Numbered from the stretch's first letter, positions 36,741 through 46,979 are shown. The stretch is 64,000 bases of DNA from Candidatus Peregrinibacteria bacterium (GCA_963708185.1 OY970195.1:1024001-1088000); one strand, 5' to 3'. Made by a program: numbers and translations. Notes: a model not told the origin generated them from the sequence alone.

Positions 36741-37799
36741 ATGAAAAAAACTTTTGCGATCATCGGTTTTATGGCTTTGAGCACGGTTTTTCTTGCCGGA
36801 TGCCAGCAGGCTGTTCCCCAAAACAACCAACAAAATTCACCCAACCAGACGCCGTCGCAATCGGCTTCCCTCAACTTCGCCGACGCAGGAAAGGTTTATG
36901 ATCCCTGCGAACTTCTGACCGAGCAGGATGTGAAAGCAGTTTTCCCCGATGGAACGATTAAAGTAACGAAGCACGATACCGAAGCCAATACCGTCGGTCA
37001 AAAAATCTGTTACTATTCGGCGTCGGACAGCGATGTGAAATTTGCCCAACTTTCGGTCATGAGTACGGCTGCGCTTTCGGATGCCATGCGCGCAAACGGG
37101 CAGAACGCCGAAGCGATGTATACGAATGAAAAATCTTTTATTGATAACATTACTCCGGTTCCCGGGATCGGTGATGACGCTTACTATGGCGGAAGCGGGC
37201 TCGCTCTTGGGAGCGGATTGCATGTTCTGGATAAGGCGAAACAGACGAAATTCACCGTTATGGTGGGGTCGGAACCGGAAATAGTGATCAACAACAACAC
37301 CTGGACATTGAAAAATCCATCTCCCAGAAAATTCTCAGCCGACTGTAATTTTATCTTTTTACTTTTCTCCTCAATGGACAAATCGCATCCCAAAAAAGAT
37401 ATGAAGAAAATGGACGACTCTTACTGGCGCGAAAAACTTTCCGACGAACAGTTTACGGTTTGCCGACTCAAAGGCACCGAGGCTCCGTTCAGCGGCGATC
37501 TGTATGACAATCACGCCAAAGGGAAATATGTTTGCGTTGCCTGCGGCTCCGACCTTTTTTCATCGGGTGAAAAGTTCGATTCCGGAACTGGATGGCCGAG
37601 TTTTTCCGAAGCCGCCAACAAGGAAAATGTGGGCTTTCAGGAGGATAGCAGCCACGGCATGCACCGTACCGAAGTCGTCTGCAACGTGTGCGGGTCTCAT
37701 CTGGGACATATTTTTGACGACGGGCCGACCCCAACCGGAAAGCGCTACTGCATCAACTCCGTGGCCTTGAAGTTCGTACCGGACAAAGAGAAAAAATAG
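36741..37799 (+). CDS. msrB: Lipoprotein in frame with methionine-R-sulfoxide reductase MsrB (MsrB probably starts on its own at 37374)
   Basis: Lipobox LAGC at the N-terminus. The C-terminal 141 aa carry GTEAPF, CVAC, KFDSGTGWPSF, HLGHIFDDGP and RYCINS. Confidence 0.8.
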   Translation: MKKTFAIIGFMALSTVFLAGCQQAVPQNNQQNSPNQTPSQSASLNFADAGKVYDPCELLTEQDVKAVFPDGTIKVTKHDTEANTVGQKICYYSASDSDVKFAQLSVMSTAALSDAMRANGQNAEAMYTNEKSFIDNITPVPGIGDDAYYGGSGLALGSGLHVLDKAKQTKFTVMVGSEPEIVINNNTWTLKNPSPRKFSADCNFIFLLFSSMDKSHPKKDMKKMDDSYWREKLSDEQFTVCRLKGTEAPFSGDLYDNHAKGKYVCVACGSDLFSSGEKFDSGTGWPSFSEAANKENVGFQEDSSHGMHRTEVVCNVCGSHLGHIFDDGPTPTGKRYCINSVALKFVPDKEKK

Positions 37800-37809
37800 C
37801 AGGGAAAGC

Positions 37810-38379
37810 CTAGGAGCGGCCTTTCACAAATTGAAGGGTCGTTTCGGCGATGCGTTTACCGTAATATTTTGCGCTCTGTGCCTCACCTTCCATGAGCGGA
37901 TGCTCCTGGTCGCGTGTGGATTGCGCACCAGAACCTGCCCAAATACCGTCTTTATTCAAAGGTTTATCTTCAAATTCGGGCAATTTGGTATTGGGTAACA
38001 GGTCAGTGCCGACCCAAATCATGCCGTGCTGCATGGCGAAGAGATAGATGTTCTGCAGGGTGCTGAGTTTGTCTCCGCTCGTGTTGCTGCCGGAGGTAAA
38101 TCCTCCCGAAATCTTGTTGGTCCATTTTTTCAACCTCCAGAACTGCGAGGTCGTTTCAAAAAACTTTTTCATTCCGGCTGAAAGCGTCCCCATGTAGGTC
38201 GGGGAGCCGAACACTACGGCATCCATGGCATGGAGTTCTTCCAATCTTTTCGCGGCTTCTTCGACGTCCATAAGGAAAACTTCGGTTTCTGGAACCATGC
38301 GAGCTCCTGCAACGACGTTTCCCGCCAGGAGTTTGGTGTGGCCGTACTGACTGTGATAGACGACTGCGATTTTCTGCAT
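37810..38379 (-). CDS. Flavodoxin-family (WrbA-like) NAD(P)H:quinone oxidoreductase
   Basis: VVYHSQYGHT, FGSPTYMG, SGDKLSTL and MQHGMIWVG. Confidence 0.9.
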   Translation of the reverse strand: MQKIAVVYHSQYGHTKLLAGNVVAGARMVPETEVFLMDVEEAAKRLEELHAMDAVVFGSPTYMGTLSAGMKKFFETTSQFWRLKKWTNKISGGFTSGSNTSGDKLSTLQNIYLFAMQHGMIWVGTDLLPNTKLPEFEDKPLNKDGIWAGSGAQSTRDQEHPLMEGEAQSAKYYGKRIAETTLQFVKGRS

Positions 38380-38490
38380 AGTTTTATACTGTTTATTAAA
38401 TAGGAACTTTTATTTTATTCATAAAAGATAATATTGCAAGTACGTACTTTTTTGATCTATACTATCCTTAAGTAAACTAATTATGAACTT

Positions 38491-38811
38491 ATGCCTCAAA
38501 AGAAGAATCAACTTTGTCCGGTAGAAATCACCCTCCGCGTTATAGGAGGGAAATGGAAACCCGTTATTCTGTTTTATCTGAGTGAAGGGACCTTGCGTTT
38601 TAACGAACTCAGCAAAAAGCTTCAGAACGTCACCCAGAAAATGCTGACGAAGCAACTGAGAGAAATGGAGACGGACGGTCTGGTGAAACGCAAAGTTTAT
38701 CCGGAAATTCCCCCGAAAGTGGAATATTCCATCACTCCATACGGAAAAACACTCAAGCCAATCCTTTCTTCGATGTGTAAGTGGGGCGCCGAGCATAAGA
38801 AAAGGGAGTGA
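38491..38811 (+). CDS. HxlR-family winged-helix transcriptional regulator
   Basis: CPVEITL.VIGGKWK, LRFNEL, QKMLTKQLREME and PPKVEYS; divergent from the flavodoxin gene. Confidence 0.93.
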   Translation: MPQKKNQLCPVEITLRVIGGKWKPVILFYLSEGTLRFNELSKKLQNVTQKMLTKQLREMETDGLVKRKVYPEIPPKVEYSITPYGKTLKPILSSMCKWGAEHKKRE

Positions 38812-38905
38812 CCTTTGCAAGTAAGCCCGTTTGTCCGTTGATTTTTTGGGCGTGACCGTTTATGATCTTTTGGCAAGCCGAGCGCGCAGCGCTTAAAGCC
38901 GGTAC

Positions 38906-39002
<97 letters not shown>

Positions 39003-39012
39003 AGAAAAAATC

Positions 39013-39597
39013 ATGATTACGAATGTTTACAGTAACATTATCATCGGGGCCTGTTGGATGGTTTTTTTGCTGTACTGGTTCATCTCCAGCTTTTTCGTCA
39101 AAGAATCCATGACGAAAAAAAAATGGCCCCTGAGGATTGCCGCCGCCGTTATTATCGCCTTCATTATTATCATCAGCAAAAACATTGGGACGGGATCGGT
39201 CCGGTATTTTTTCACTCAAACATTCATTCCAAGTTCTTTGACCATGGGAATTATCGGCCCGGTTTTAACTGTTTTGGGGCTTTGCGGAGCCATATGGGCA
39301 CGAACGGTTCTGGGAAGAAACTGGAGCGGCTATGTTACGTATAAAAAAGATCATGAACTTGTGACAAGCGGGCCATACAAGTTGGTAAGGCACCCCATTT
39401 ATTCGAGTCTTACCCTTATGTTCATCGGGACTTTTCTGGTGTTCCCGACCTTCTGGGCTCTTTTTTTATTCCTCTTTGATATCGGCATGTTCATCTGGAG
39501 GACAAAAAAAGAGGAAGCGATCATGCTGCGGCTTTTCGGGAAAAAGTACGAAGATTACATGAAGAGAACGAAAAGGCTGGTGCCGTTTATCTGGTAA
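39013..39597 (+). CDS. Isoprenylcysteine carboxylmethyltransferase-family membrane protein
   Basis: WAR..LGRNWS, HELVTSGPYKLVRHPIY and EE..M...FG..Y..Y. Confidence 0.9.
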   Translation: MITNVYSNIIIGACWMVFLLYWFISSFFVKESMTKKKWPLRIAAAVIIAFIIIISKNIGTGSVRYFFTQTFIPSSLTMGIIGPVLTVLGLCGAIWARTVLGRNWSGYVTYKKDHELVTSGPYKLVRHPIYSSLTLMFIGTFLVFPTFWALFLFLFDIGMFIWRTKKEEAIMLRLFGKKYEDYMKRTKRLVPFIW

Positions 39598-39713
39598 GGA
39601 TTTCCGACGAAACGTTCAAGGCGTGCTTGCGATTGATATTTGCTTTTTAGGAAAGTACCCATTATCATTTTGTGGTTAAAAAGGGCGACAATTCGCTGGT
39701 TTGCCTTTCATGA

Positions 39714-39789
39714 GGCGGCGTAGTCAAGTGGTTAAGACAGCGGTTTGCAAAACCGCGACTCATCGGTTCGAATCCGATCGCCGCCTCCA
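39714..39789 (+). tRNA. tRNA-Cys (anticodon GCA)
   Basis: Acceptor GGCGGCG/CGCCGCC, anticodon arm GCGGT-TTGCAAA-ACCGC, T arm ATCGG-TTCGAAT-CCGAT, T-CCA end. Confidence 0.96.
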
Positions 39790-39802
39790 GTTTGATAGCA
39801 GA

Positions 39803-42454
39803 TTACATCTTCTCGAACGCCGTGATGCCCAAAAGGTGCAGGCCGTTTTTGAGGACCTGGCTGAAAGCAGCCACAAGGTTGAGGCGGCTCTGTTTAAGCT
39901 GGACTTCGGCCGTGGAAAGCACCTGGACGTCCTGGTAAAAACTGTTAAAAGCCTGGGAAAGCTCAAACAGATAGTTGGAGACGAGGTTGGGCTTGTAGGT
40001 CTCGGCTGCGGCCTCCACGACTTCAGGAAAACGCACAAGCATGCGGGCGAGCTCTTTTTCGGAGTTGTGACTTAACGGTTCGGCGGTACCACCGGAACTT
40101 TCGGGCCCGCCTGTCTCTGTGGTATTGGCTTCAAGGTGCTCAACCTTTTCCTCAACAAGTGTGAAGAGGTCCGTCTGGGATTCGTGTACGCCTTCCGGAA
40201 GAGGATCCTTGACGTGCGTCTTCACTTCACCGGTTCCCGGATTTTCTTCACCGGCTTTGCGCAGGATGCTTTCGGCTCGGGCGTGACTATACTGTAAATA
40301 GGGCCCCGTATTGCCCTCCAGCGAGAGCATCCTGTCCCAATCAAAGGTCAGGTTGGTTTCGCGGTTCTGTGAGAGCACCTGGTATTTGATGGCCCCGATG
40401 GCAACGCCTTCGGTAATGAACTCTTTTTCCGCGTCGGTGAGGGCCAGGCTTTTTTCCTGGACAACTTTTTCGGCGCGCTCAACGGCTTCGTTGATGAGTT
40501 CGTCCAGGAGAATGACCGTGCCTTTTCTGGTACTCATGCGCCCTTCCGGCATGCTCATGCGGCCAAAGACCACGTGGACGAGTTCGGCCTCGGTGAGGCC
40601 GAGTTGTTGCGCAGTAGCAAAAAGCTGCTGGAAGTGCAGTGACTGGGCGACATCGACGACGTAGATGATTTTTACAGGATGGAAACGCTTGATGCGGTCT
40701 TTGATCGAGGCGATGTCACGGGTGGCGTAGAGGGTGGTGCCGTCGGCTTTCTGGATGAGATACGGAGGATACTGGTCGTTTTCAAACTTCACCACGAGAG
40801 CTCCCTTTTCACCTTCCACGAACACTCCCTTGTTTTTTCCTTCTTCAATGATTTCTTTGGTGTCGCCTTCGTAAAAACTTTCCGGTAGATATTCCTGGAA
40901 ATGCACTCCAAGCCTGGAATAAAGCCTTTCGAGGTCTTTGATGCTCTCATCGCGGATCCACATCCATAAATGGCGGTTTTGCTCGTCGCCTTCTTCAAGT
41001 TTTTTGAACTCTTCACGGCCTTTGTCTTCAAGGGTCGGGTCTTTTTCCGCTTCATCGTGGAACTTCACGTAGAGTTTGAGCAGTTCGTTGAGAGGGTCTT
41101 TTTCCACTGTCTCGCGGTCCCCCCAGTTTTTGAAGGCGTAGATGAGTTTCCCGAACTGTGTCCCCCAATCTCCGAGGAAGTTTGCCGTAATAACGGAGTA
41201 ATTACAGAATGTCAGGATATTGGCGATGGACTGGCCGATAAGCGTTGAGAGCAGGTGATGGACGCCGAGCGGTTTGGCGATATTCGGTGAAGAGAATTCG
41301 ACCATGGCTTTCTTTCCCTGGCCGAGATCGTTTGAACCATAGTGCTCCTTGAGTCCGAGGATCTGCATGATTTCACCTTCGAGGTATTTGTTGTTGAGCG
41401 TGAAGTTCATGAAGCCCGGTTCGGCAAATTCGATCTTCTCTATATAAGGTAATGAGGGCAGGTTTTTCCGGATCATGTCCGACATCTCTCTCGGGGTCTT
41501 GTTGATGGACTTTCCCAGCTTGAGAGCGACGCTTGTTGCATAATCGCCGTGATCTTTGTCCTTGGGAGTTTCTACCTTCACCGGTTCGTAGAAAAGTTTG
41601 CTGCAGAATCCAAGGTTTTCACAGAGCCCCTGAACGGCTTTAGAAAGCTCCGCTTCAAGCTGCTGTTTGAGCGTCGGCTGGATTTTTTCCGGCCGCGGGG
41701 TTGATGGCGTCTGCTGTGTGGCTGGCGGTTTTGCTTGAGCTTCTTCGCGTTCCTCGGCGGCTTTTTTTTCGGCTTCCGCGGCCGCCTTTTGGGCTTCCTC
41801 CTCGGCTTTTTGGGCCATCTCTATCCGGTATTGCGTCTCTTTTTCAGAAATATAGTTCAAATCCACTTCCGGGTTATCCACCGAAAGCATGAACATCTCT
41901 TCGGGCGTTCCGCCACAATATTTTGTTATGGTTTTCGCGAACTCCTCAGGAAGTCTGTCGAACATTTCTTTGTCCATCGTTCCAATATCCACGAACCACA
42001 TCACCATATGCAGCGTTTCAGGCGTGTAGTCAAAATCGCGGGCCTTTTTCCCTTTCTTTGGAACGATGAAACCTATTTCAATATCTTTTTCGGTCTGATC
42101 CAGATCCTGTCCCAACGCCGGCGTTATGTATTTCAGGCTTAAATAGTGAACAATGTCCAGCGCGTTGTTTTCACTCTTCACCTCTTTCCCCTGCTGGATT
42201 TTGCGAAGAAGACTGTCCAGAAGCTGGGTTTCGGCAAGAACCTCACCCTCAATCATGGTCTTTTTGAGATGCGAGGTGATTTTTTCTTTACGGTCTTCCT
42301 TGTCGAGTTCTCTCTTTTTCTCAGCGCATACGCCGCGGAGCAGGCTGGAAACAATCGACGCTTTTCTGACGTTCTTGATATTTTTTACGACGAGGACGCC
42401 CACGCGGATGCCCGGGATTTTTTGAAGAAGATCAGGAGATAAGCGAATTTTCAT
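39803..42454 (-). CDS. argS: Arginine-tRNA ligase with N-terminal B3/4-like domain and linker
   Basis: HGDYA, VEFSSPNIAKP, GDWGTQFG, DGTTLYATRD, MSTRKG, GNTGPYLQY and C-terminal EKM, plus about 260 extra N-terminal residues. Confidence 0.95.
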   Translation of the reverse strand: MKIRLSPDLLQKIPGIRVGVLVVKNIKNVRKASIVSSLLRGVCAEKKRELDKEDRKEKITSHLKKTMIEGEVLAETQLLDSLLRKIQQGKEVKSENNALDIVHYLSLKYITPALGQDLDQTEKDIEIGFIVPKKGKKARDFDYTPETLHMVMWFVDIGTMDKEMFDRLPEEFAKTITKYCGGTPEEMFMLSVDNPEVDLNYISEKETQYRIEMAQKAEEEAQKAAAEAEKKAAEEREEAQAKPPATQQTPSTPRPEKIQPTLKQQLEAELSKAVQGLCENLGFCSKLFYEPVKVETPKDKDHGDYATSVALKLGKSINKTPREMSDMIRKNLPSLPYIEKIEFAEPGFMNFTLNNKYLEGEIMQILGLKEHYGSNDLGQGKKAMVEFSSPNIAKPLGVHHLLSTLIGQSIANILTFCNYSVITANFLGDWGTQFGKLIYAFKNWGDRETVEKDPLNELLKLYVKFHDEAEKDPTLEDKGREEFKKLEEGDEQNRHLWMWIRDESIKDLERLYSRLGVHFQEYLPESFYEGDTKEIIEEGKNKGVFVEGEKGALVVKFENDQYPPYLIQKADGTTLYATRDIASIKDRIKRFHPVKIIYVVDVAQSLHFQQLFATAQQLGLTEAELVHVVFGRMSMPEGRMSTRKGTVILLDELINEAVERAEKVVQEKSLALTDAEKEFITEGVAIGAIKYQVLSQNRETNLTFDWDRMLSLEGNTGPYLQYSHARAESILRKAGEENPGTGEVKTHVKDPLPEGVHESQTDLFTLVEEKVEHLEANTTETGGPESSGGTAEPLSHNSEKELARMLVRFPEVVEAAAETYKPNLVSNYLFELSQAFNSFYQDVQVLSTAEVQLKQSRLNLVAAFSQVLKNGLHLLGITAFEKM

Positions 42455-42680
42455 AACACATCACAACAAGCGATAACCGGGTGACAGTATACGAAATTCT
42501 TCTGTCAGGGACAATTCGAATCTTTATATTTGCGTTGACGTTTAAAAATTTATAACGATTCAAATGCTTTATTTGTCAATATAAACTTCTTGGTGAATGA
42601 GCTTACGGACTTCAAAAAAGACCCATTTTCTGATATAATTTTATGATTTAAACAAAAATAAAACTTAAACCAAAACAAAC

Positions 42681-44261
42681 ATGAACACTATGTCCATTCG
42701 TAAGCGCATTGCTTACGCTCTCGCTCCACTCGCAGTTTTGCTGCTCATCGACATGGTTCCCGTGAGTCATGCGCAGAGCATCATTCCGGAATCATCTTCC
42801 ACCGTCGCGGCTGCGGATACCACTCCTCCGAGCGACGTTGAAAACCTCAAGGCTACCCCCGCCGACGGCGCGGCCACCCTTACCTGGAACGTTGCCACCG
42901 ATAACGTGGGGGTCAAAGGTTACAGACTCTACTATGGATCAAAATCCGTCACCACGGACGGCGGCAGTTATGAAACAGGTCCGGTAGATGTCGGAAACAA
43001 GATCAGCTACGTCGTGAACAATCTTACCAACGGAACCAAATACTATTTTGCCCTGACCGCCTACGATGCGGCCGGCAATGAAAGCGTCAACTACAGTGTT
43101 GAAGCCAGCGCTACTCCCCTTCACGGGTCAGCCGACAAACAGGCTCCGCAAGTTACCAAGGCGACGGCTGTCGATAAAAGCCATGTCCGCGTCACTTTCA
43201 GTGAAGCCGTCCAGCTCCCGACAACTCATCCAGAAAACGCTTTCAGCATCAAAAATGATACGACAAGCGTTCAGCTTCAGGTTATGAATGCCACCATGGA
43301 CGCTTCCGACGCTTCCAATAAATCGGTGCTCCTGGAAACGGCCAACCAGCAGGCGGGCGCTTCCTACATTCTTACCGCAGGCATCGACATCAAGGACCTT
43401 GCCGGTAACCCGATTGTGAGCGGAACATCCGATACCGCCGCTTTCACCGGAACCGACCTCGTTGCTTCCACACAGCAGCCGGCCCTGTTCCAACAGACCC
43501 AGGCCCAGAGCCAGCAGGTCGAAGGCCCTCAACTCGTTGGAGTCCAGGCCGTTGACGGAACACACCTTCAGGTAACGTTCGATAAACCGGTCGTTTTGAA
43601 CAGCAACCCTGCTGAAAACTTCATTATTACCGAACAGGAAACCATTGAAAATACCCTCGATATTCTTAACGTCAGCCTTAACGCTTCCGGTAATCAGGCC
43701 GTTTTGACCACTGCTCCGATGAAACCTATCGGCTACAACCTCATTGCCGTTGATATTACCGACAAACAGGGCAACGCCATGAGCGTTGAGAACAACGCCA
43801 CCGTGTTTACCGGGGTTGCCGCCATGGTTGAAACCCAGATGGCTACCCAGCAGGCTTCCAGCCAACAGGTCGCGGACACCACTCCTCCCGAAGACGCCAC
43901 TAATTTTACCGCTGCGATGATCAAACAGCTCATCGTTACCCTGAACTGGACCCGCAGCCTGAACAGCGCCGGCGATCTCGTGAAGTACGTTCTCTATATG
44001 AGCACCGACGGCAAGACCTTTGGTGCCGGAATCGACGTTGATCCTACCTCAAGCACTTTTGACGTCACCAACATCATGCCGGGCGTGAAATATTTCTTCA
44101 AACTCGTCGCTCTCGATAATTCCGGCAACGCAAGTCCGGGCGTGATGACCACTTTCACCCTGCCAAAGACAGGTCCTGAACTTGGGCTTTTGCTTCTCGG
44201 TTCACTGGGTGCCGGCAAAGTGTTCGGACGCAAAAAGAAGAAAAAAAACGTCCGCAAATAA
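42681..44261 (+). CDS. Surface protein with fibronectin type III and Ig-like domains and an LPxTG-like sorting signal
   Basis: Signal peptide, FN3 motifs (LTWN..DNVGVKGY, LTNGTKYYFALTAYDAAGNES), two V.F..PV Ig-like repeats, then LPKTG, a hydrophobic stretch and a K-rich tail. Confidence 0.88.
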   Translation: MNTMSIRKRIAYALAPLAVLLLIDMVPVSHAQSIIPESSSTVAAADTTPPSDVENLKATPADGAATLTWNVATDNVGVKGYRLYYGSKSVTTDGGSYETGPVDVGNKISYVVNNLTNGTKYYFALTAYDAAGNESVNYSVEASATPLHGSADKQAPQVTKATAVDKSHVRVTFSEAVQLPTTHPENAFSIKNDTTSVQLQVMNATMDASDASNKSVLLETANQQAGASYILTAGIDIKDLAGNPIVSGTSDTAAFTGTDLVASTQQPALFQQTQAQSQQVEGPQLVGVQAVDGTHLQVTFDKPVVLNSNPAENFIITEQETIENTLDILNVSLNASGNQAVLTTAPMKPIGYNLIAVDITDKQGNAMSVENNATVFTGVAAMVETQMATQQASSQQVADTTPPEDATNFTAAMIKQLIVTLNWTRSLNSAGDLVKYVLYMSTDGKTFGAGIDVDPTSSTFDVTNIMPGVKYFFKLVALDNSGNASPGVMTTFTLPKTGPELGLLLLGSLGAGKVFGRKKKKKNVRK

Positions 44262-44362
44262 ATATGCTGCACGCGCGGCGCCCTCACGGGAGCCGTAAGG
44301 CGTTCACAGGAACGCCGGCGTGGCTCACACACGTATCTCCTTAGAGAGATAGAGATAGATAG

Positions 44363-44398
44363 CCAAGAAGGCTCCGTCGCAAGACGGGGCTTTTTTGG
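44363..44398 (+). terminator. Intrinsic terminator
   Basis: CCAAGAAGGCTCCGTC-GCAA-GACGGGGCTTTTTTGG long stem with GNRA loop and T-run. Confidence 0.75.
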
Positions 44399-44491
44399 TG
44401 AGGAATGGTGCCGGGCGTTCGAGGCTTTGTGCGGTCAATAACATTAGATTTCTTTCACAAAAATTTCATGGGCGCCGCGTAGTGTAGTGCC

Positions 44492-45391
44492 ATGAATCAT
44501 CTCAAAAAATTTCTGCTGATCGGGCTGGCATGTCTTGCCGGGGTCGTCATGGTGCTGTTTTTTTGTCTCCTGTCCTTGCCCGACGGACGGCTGCACGTTT
44601 TTGTCCTGGACATCGGGCAGGGAGATTCCATTCTCATCCAGACGCCGAGCGATGAAAGGATCCTCATTGACGGCGGCCCCGATGACGCCGTCCTCCAGCA
44701 GCTCGGCAAGGTGATGCCTTTTTACGAAAAAGATATCGATGTGGTTGTTTTGAGCCATCCGCATCTGGATCATGTGAACGGACTGGTGGAGGTCCTCAAA
44801 CGTTATCACGTGGGGTGCGTCATGATGACCGGCGTGAGCTACAATTTTTCCGGGTATACCGCTTTTCTGGAACAGGTGAGTGAACACCACATTCCCGTGG
44901 TCTACGCCGGGGCGCATATTGCAACGGCCAACGGAGAAGTCCCCGCGGATTATGTTTTGGGAAGCGTCACGCTGGATATGCTTTTTCCCTTTGAGTCAGA
45001 ACAGGGCAGGACATTCGAAAATCAAAACAACGGATCGATCGTGTTCCGGCTTTTGTACGGTAAACGCAGTTTTTATTTTCCCGGAGACCTGGAGATGGAG
45101 GGAGAGGAAAAGCTTGTCGAGACCACGCTCGACCTGCACGCGGATTTTTTAAAGGCTCCGCACCATGGCAGCAGGACGAGCGATACGATTCCTTTACTGG
45201 AACGAATCCAGCCCGATTACGCGGCGATTTCCTGCGGCGTTGGCAACAAGTTCGGTCATCCCCACCCGATCACGATCCAGCATTTTCAGGAACTTCACAT
45301 TGCGACGTATCGAACAGACCTCGACGGAATTATCGAAGCAGTGAGCGACGGTGACGCCCTGTGGGTCAAGGCATGGGGAAAAGGCGTGTAA
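44492..45391 (+). CDS. ComEC/Rec2-type metallo-beta-lactamase domain protein (no channel domain)
   Basis: LDIGQGDSILI, LIDGG, SHPHLDHVNG, PHHGS, NKFGHPH and YRTDLDG. Confidence 0.9.
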   Translation: MNHLKKFLLIGLACLAGVVMVLFFCLLSLPDGRLHVFVLDIGQGDSILIQTPSDERILIDGGPDDAVLQQLGKVMPFYEKDIDVVVLSHPHLDHVNGLVEVLKRYHVGCVMMTGVSYNFSGYTAFLEQVSEHHIPVVYAGAHIATANGEVPADYVLGSVTLDMLFPFESEQGRTFENQNNGSIVFRLLYGKRSFYFPGDLEMEGEEKLVETTLDLHADFLKAPHHGSRTSDTIPLLERIQPDYAAISCGVGNKFGHPHPITIQHFQELHIATYRTDLDGIIEAVSDGDALWVKAWGKGV

Positions 45392-45464
45392 TTTTCTTGT
45401 AATACTTTTTTTGCTATAGTGTTTCTAATTACCTTTCTTCATTACTCCTTAAAACAACTATCCT

Positions 45465-46979
45465 ATGAAAATGAAAAGGAACTCCCTCATCGCAGGGATC
45501 ATAACGGTATTGCTTGCTACGGCGGTCGCACCAGCGTTAGCAAGTATGACTCCAGTTGATCTTTCAGCTGAATCTTCATTTACCGATGTCGTGGCATCGA
45601 ATCCTCACTATGCCGCTATTTCTTATCTTCAGGGCATTGGCGTCATCCAAGGCTACCCTGACGGAACCTTCAAGCCCGACCAGGATATTCCCAGGGTTGA
45701 AGCGTTGAAATTGATTCTGGTTCCCCAGTTTAAACATTGGAATAATGCTCAGGATGCTTTCCAGGCGGGAGCTTCCACGCCGGTTTCTTTTTCCGATACC
45801 GACACGAGTCAGTGGTACTGGCAGTATATCCAGGAAGGTTATGATAACGGGCTGGTTCAGGGCTATCCCGATGGAACGTTCAAGCCAGCTTCTCCGGTAA
45901 ATAAAGCTGAAAACCTGAAGATGCTTTTGAACCGCTACTTCCAGGATGATGCTTCGAAACTGGATGCTTATCAAAGCGGAACAAAGTTCGGCGACGAAGA
46001 AGCAAATACCTGGTATACAAAGTACGTTAATGCTGCGGCAACAATGAATGTCGTCGTTGCCGACAGTTCCGGGAACATCAATCCGGCGGCAAACGTCACC
46101 CGCGGAGAGTTTGCCGAAATGGTCTATCGTTTGATGAAAATCGATGACGACGGAGTCACAACTTTTGATGCCTCAATTCCGGACCTTACCATTTATACTA
46201 ATCATCAATATGGGTTTTCCTTGACCACTGCCCCGGTTTGTGACGGACAGTTTTCGATTCAAGATGTGACCCCCGTTTCCTCAACTCAAGCCAGCAGTGA
46301 AACTCTGGATTTGGGTGTCTATGTGCCTCTTTCCAAGCAGTGGACGGCACAATCGGCATGGTACAATCTTAACGTGATGTCTCAAGCAAATTATGACAAA
46401 ATTCCAGCGACTGAATTCCCGGGACAACCTCCAATCCTTTTGAAACTTGATAACGGCATGCTTTTGACGGTATTGACTCCGCAGGATGCTCCGACAGATA
46501 TCAATGACTGTACGATTTCGGCGGTTAAATCGGTGGCTGCAACTTCCTCAACTCAGGAGGTTTCCTCGACCCAGGCTTCCGTTTCCACGATGCAGATAGA
46601 AGGTTTGACCTTTACTCTTCCAAATGGATGGAGTGTTGCCAGCAACGCGAATGGCCAAGCGGATTTGAATGTTCCCGACCCGCAATATCATGTAACGATC
46701 CCCATGGAGGTCATATTAAATCCAGGTTACGCAACATTGAGCGATGCACAGCAGGAGGCTTTACTGAAGACCACTGCTTCAGGCGCTAAAATTTATGAGA
46801 ACACCTGCGCGCCTTCAATTGCATGTTATTTTTTGGAATATAACGGCAATCTTTATGATGTTGCATTTGGAGAACCGAATAGCAATGAACCCGTACCGGC
46901 AAATCTTGAAGGAGCTTGGTATCCTTCAACAACCGTTACTGCTGACGATACGCTGAATTTTACCGCAACTGTACAATAA
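45465..46979 (+). CDS. S-layer homology (SLH) domain protein
   Basis: Signal peptide and three SLH repeats (FTDV..GVIQGYPDGTFKPD..RVE, FSD..GYPDGTFKP, TRGEFAEM). Confidence 0.9.
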   Translation: MKMKRNSLIAGIITVLLATAVAPALASMTPVDLSAESSFTDVVASNPHYAAISYLQGIGVIQGYPDGTFKPDQDIPRVEALKLILVPQFKHWNNAQDAFQAGASTPVSFSDTDTSQWYWQYIQEGYDNGLVQGYPDGTFKPASPVNKAENLKMLLNRYFQDDASKLDAYQSGTKFGDEEANTWYTKYVNAAATMNVVVADSSGNINPAANVTRGEFAEMVYRLMKIDDDGVTTFDASIPDLTIYTNHQYGFSLTTAPVCDGQFSIQDVTPVSSTQASSETLDLGVYVPLSKQWTAQSAWYNLNVMSQANYDKIPATEFPGQPPILLKLDNGMLLTVLTPQDAPTDINDCTISAVKSVAATSSTQEVSSTQASVSTMQIEGLTFTLPNGWSVASNANGQADLNVPDPQYHVTIPMEVILNPGYATLSDAQQEALLKTTASGAKIYENTCAPSIACYFLEYNGNLYDVAFGEPNSNEPVPANLEGAWYPSTTVTADDTLNFTATVQ

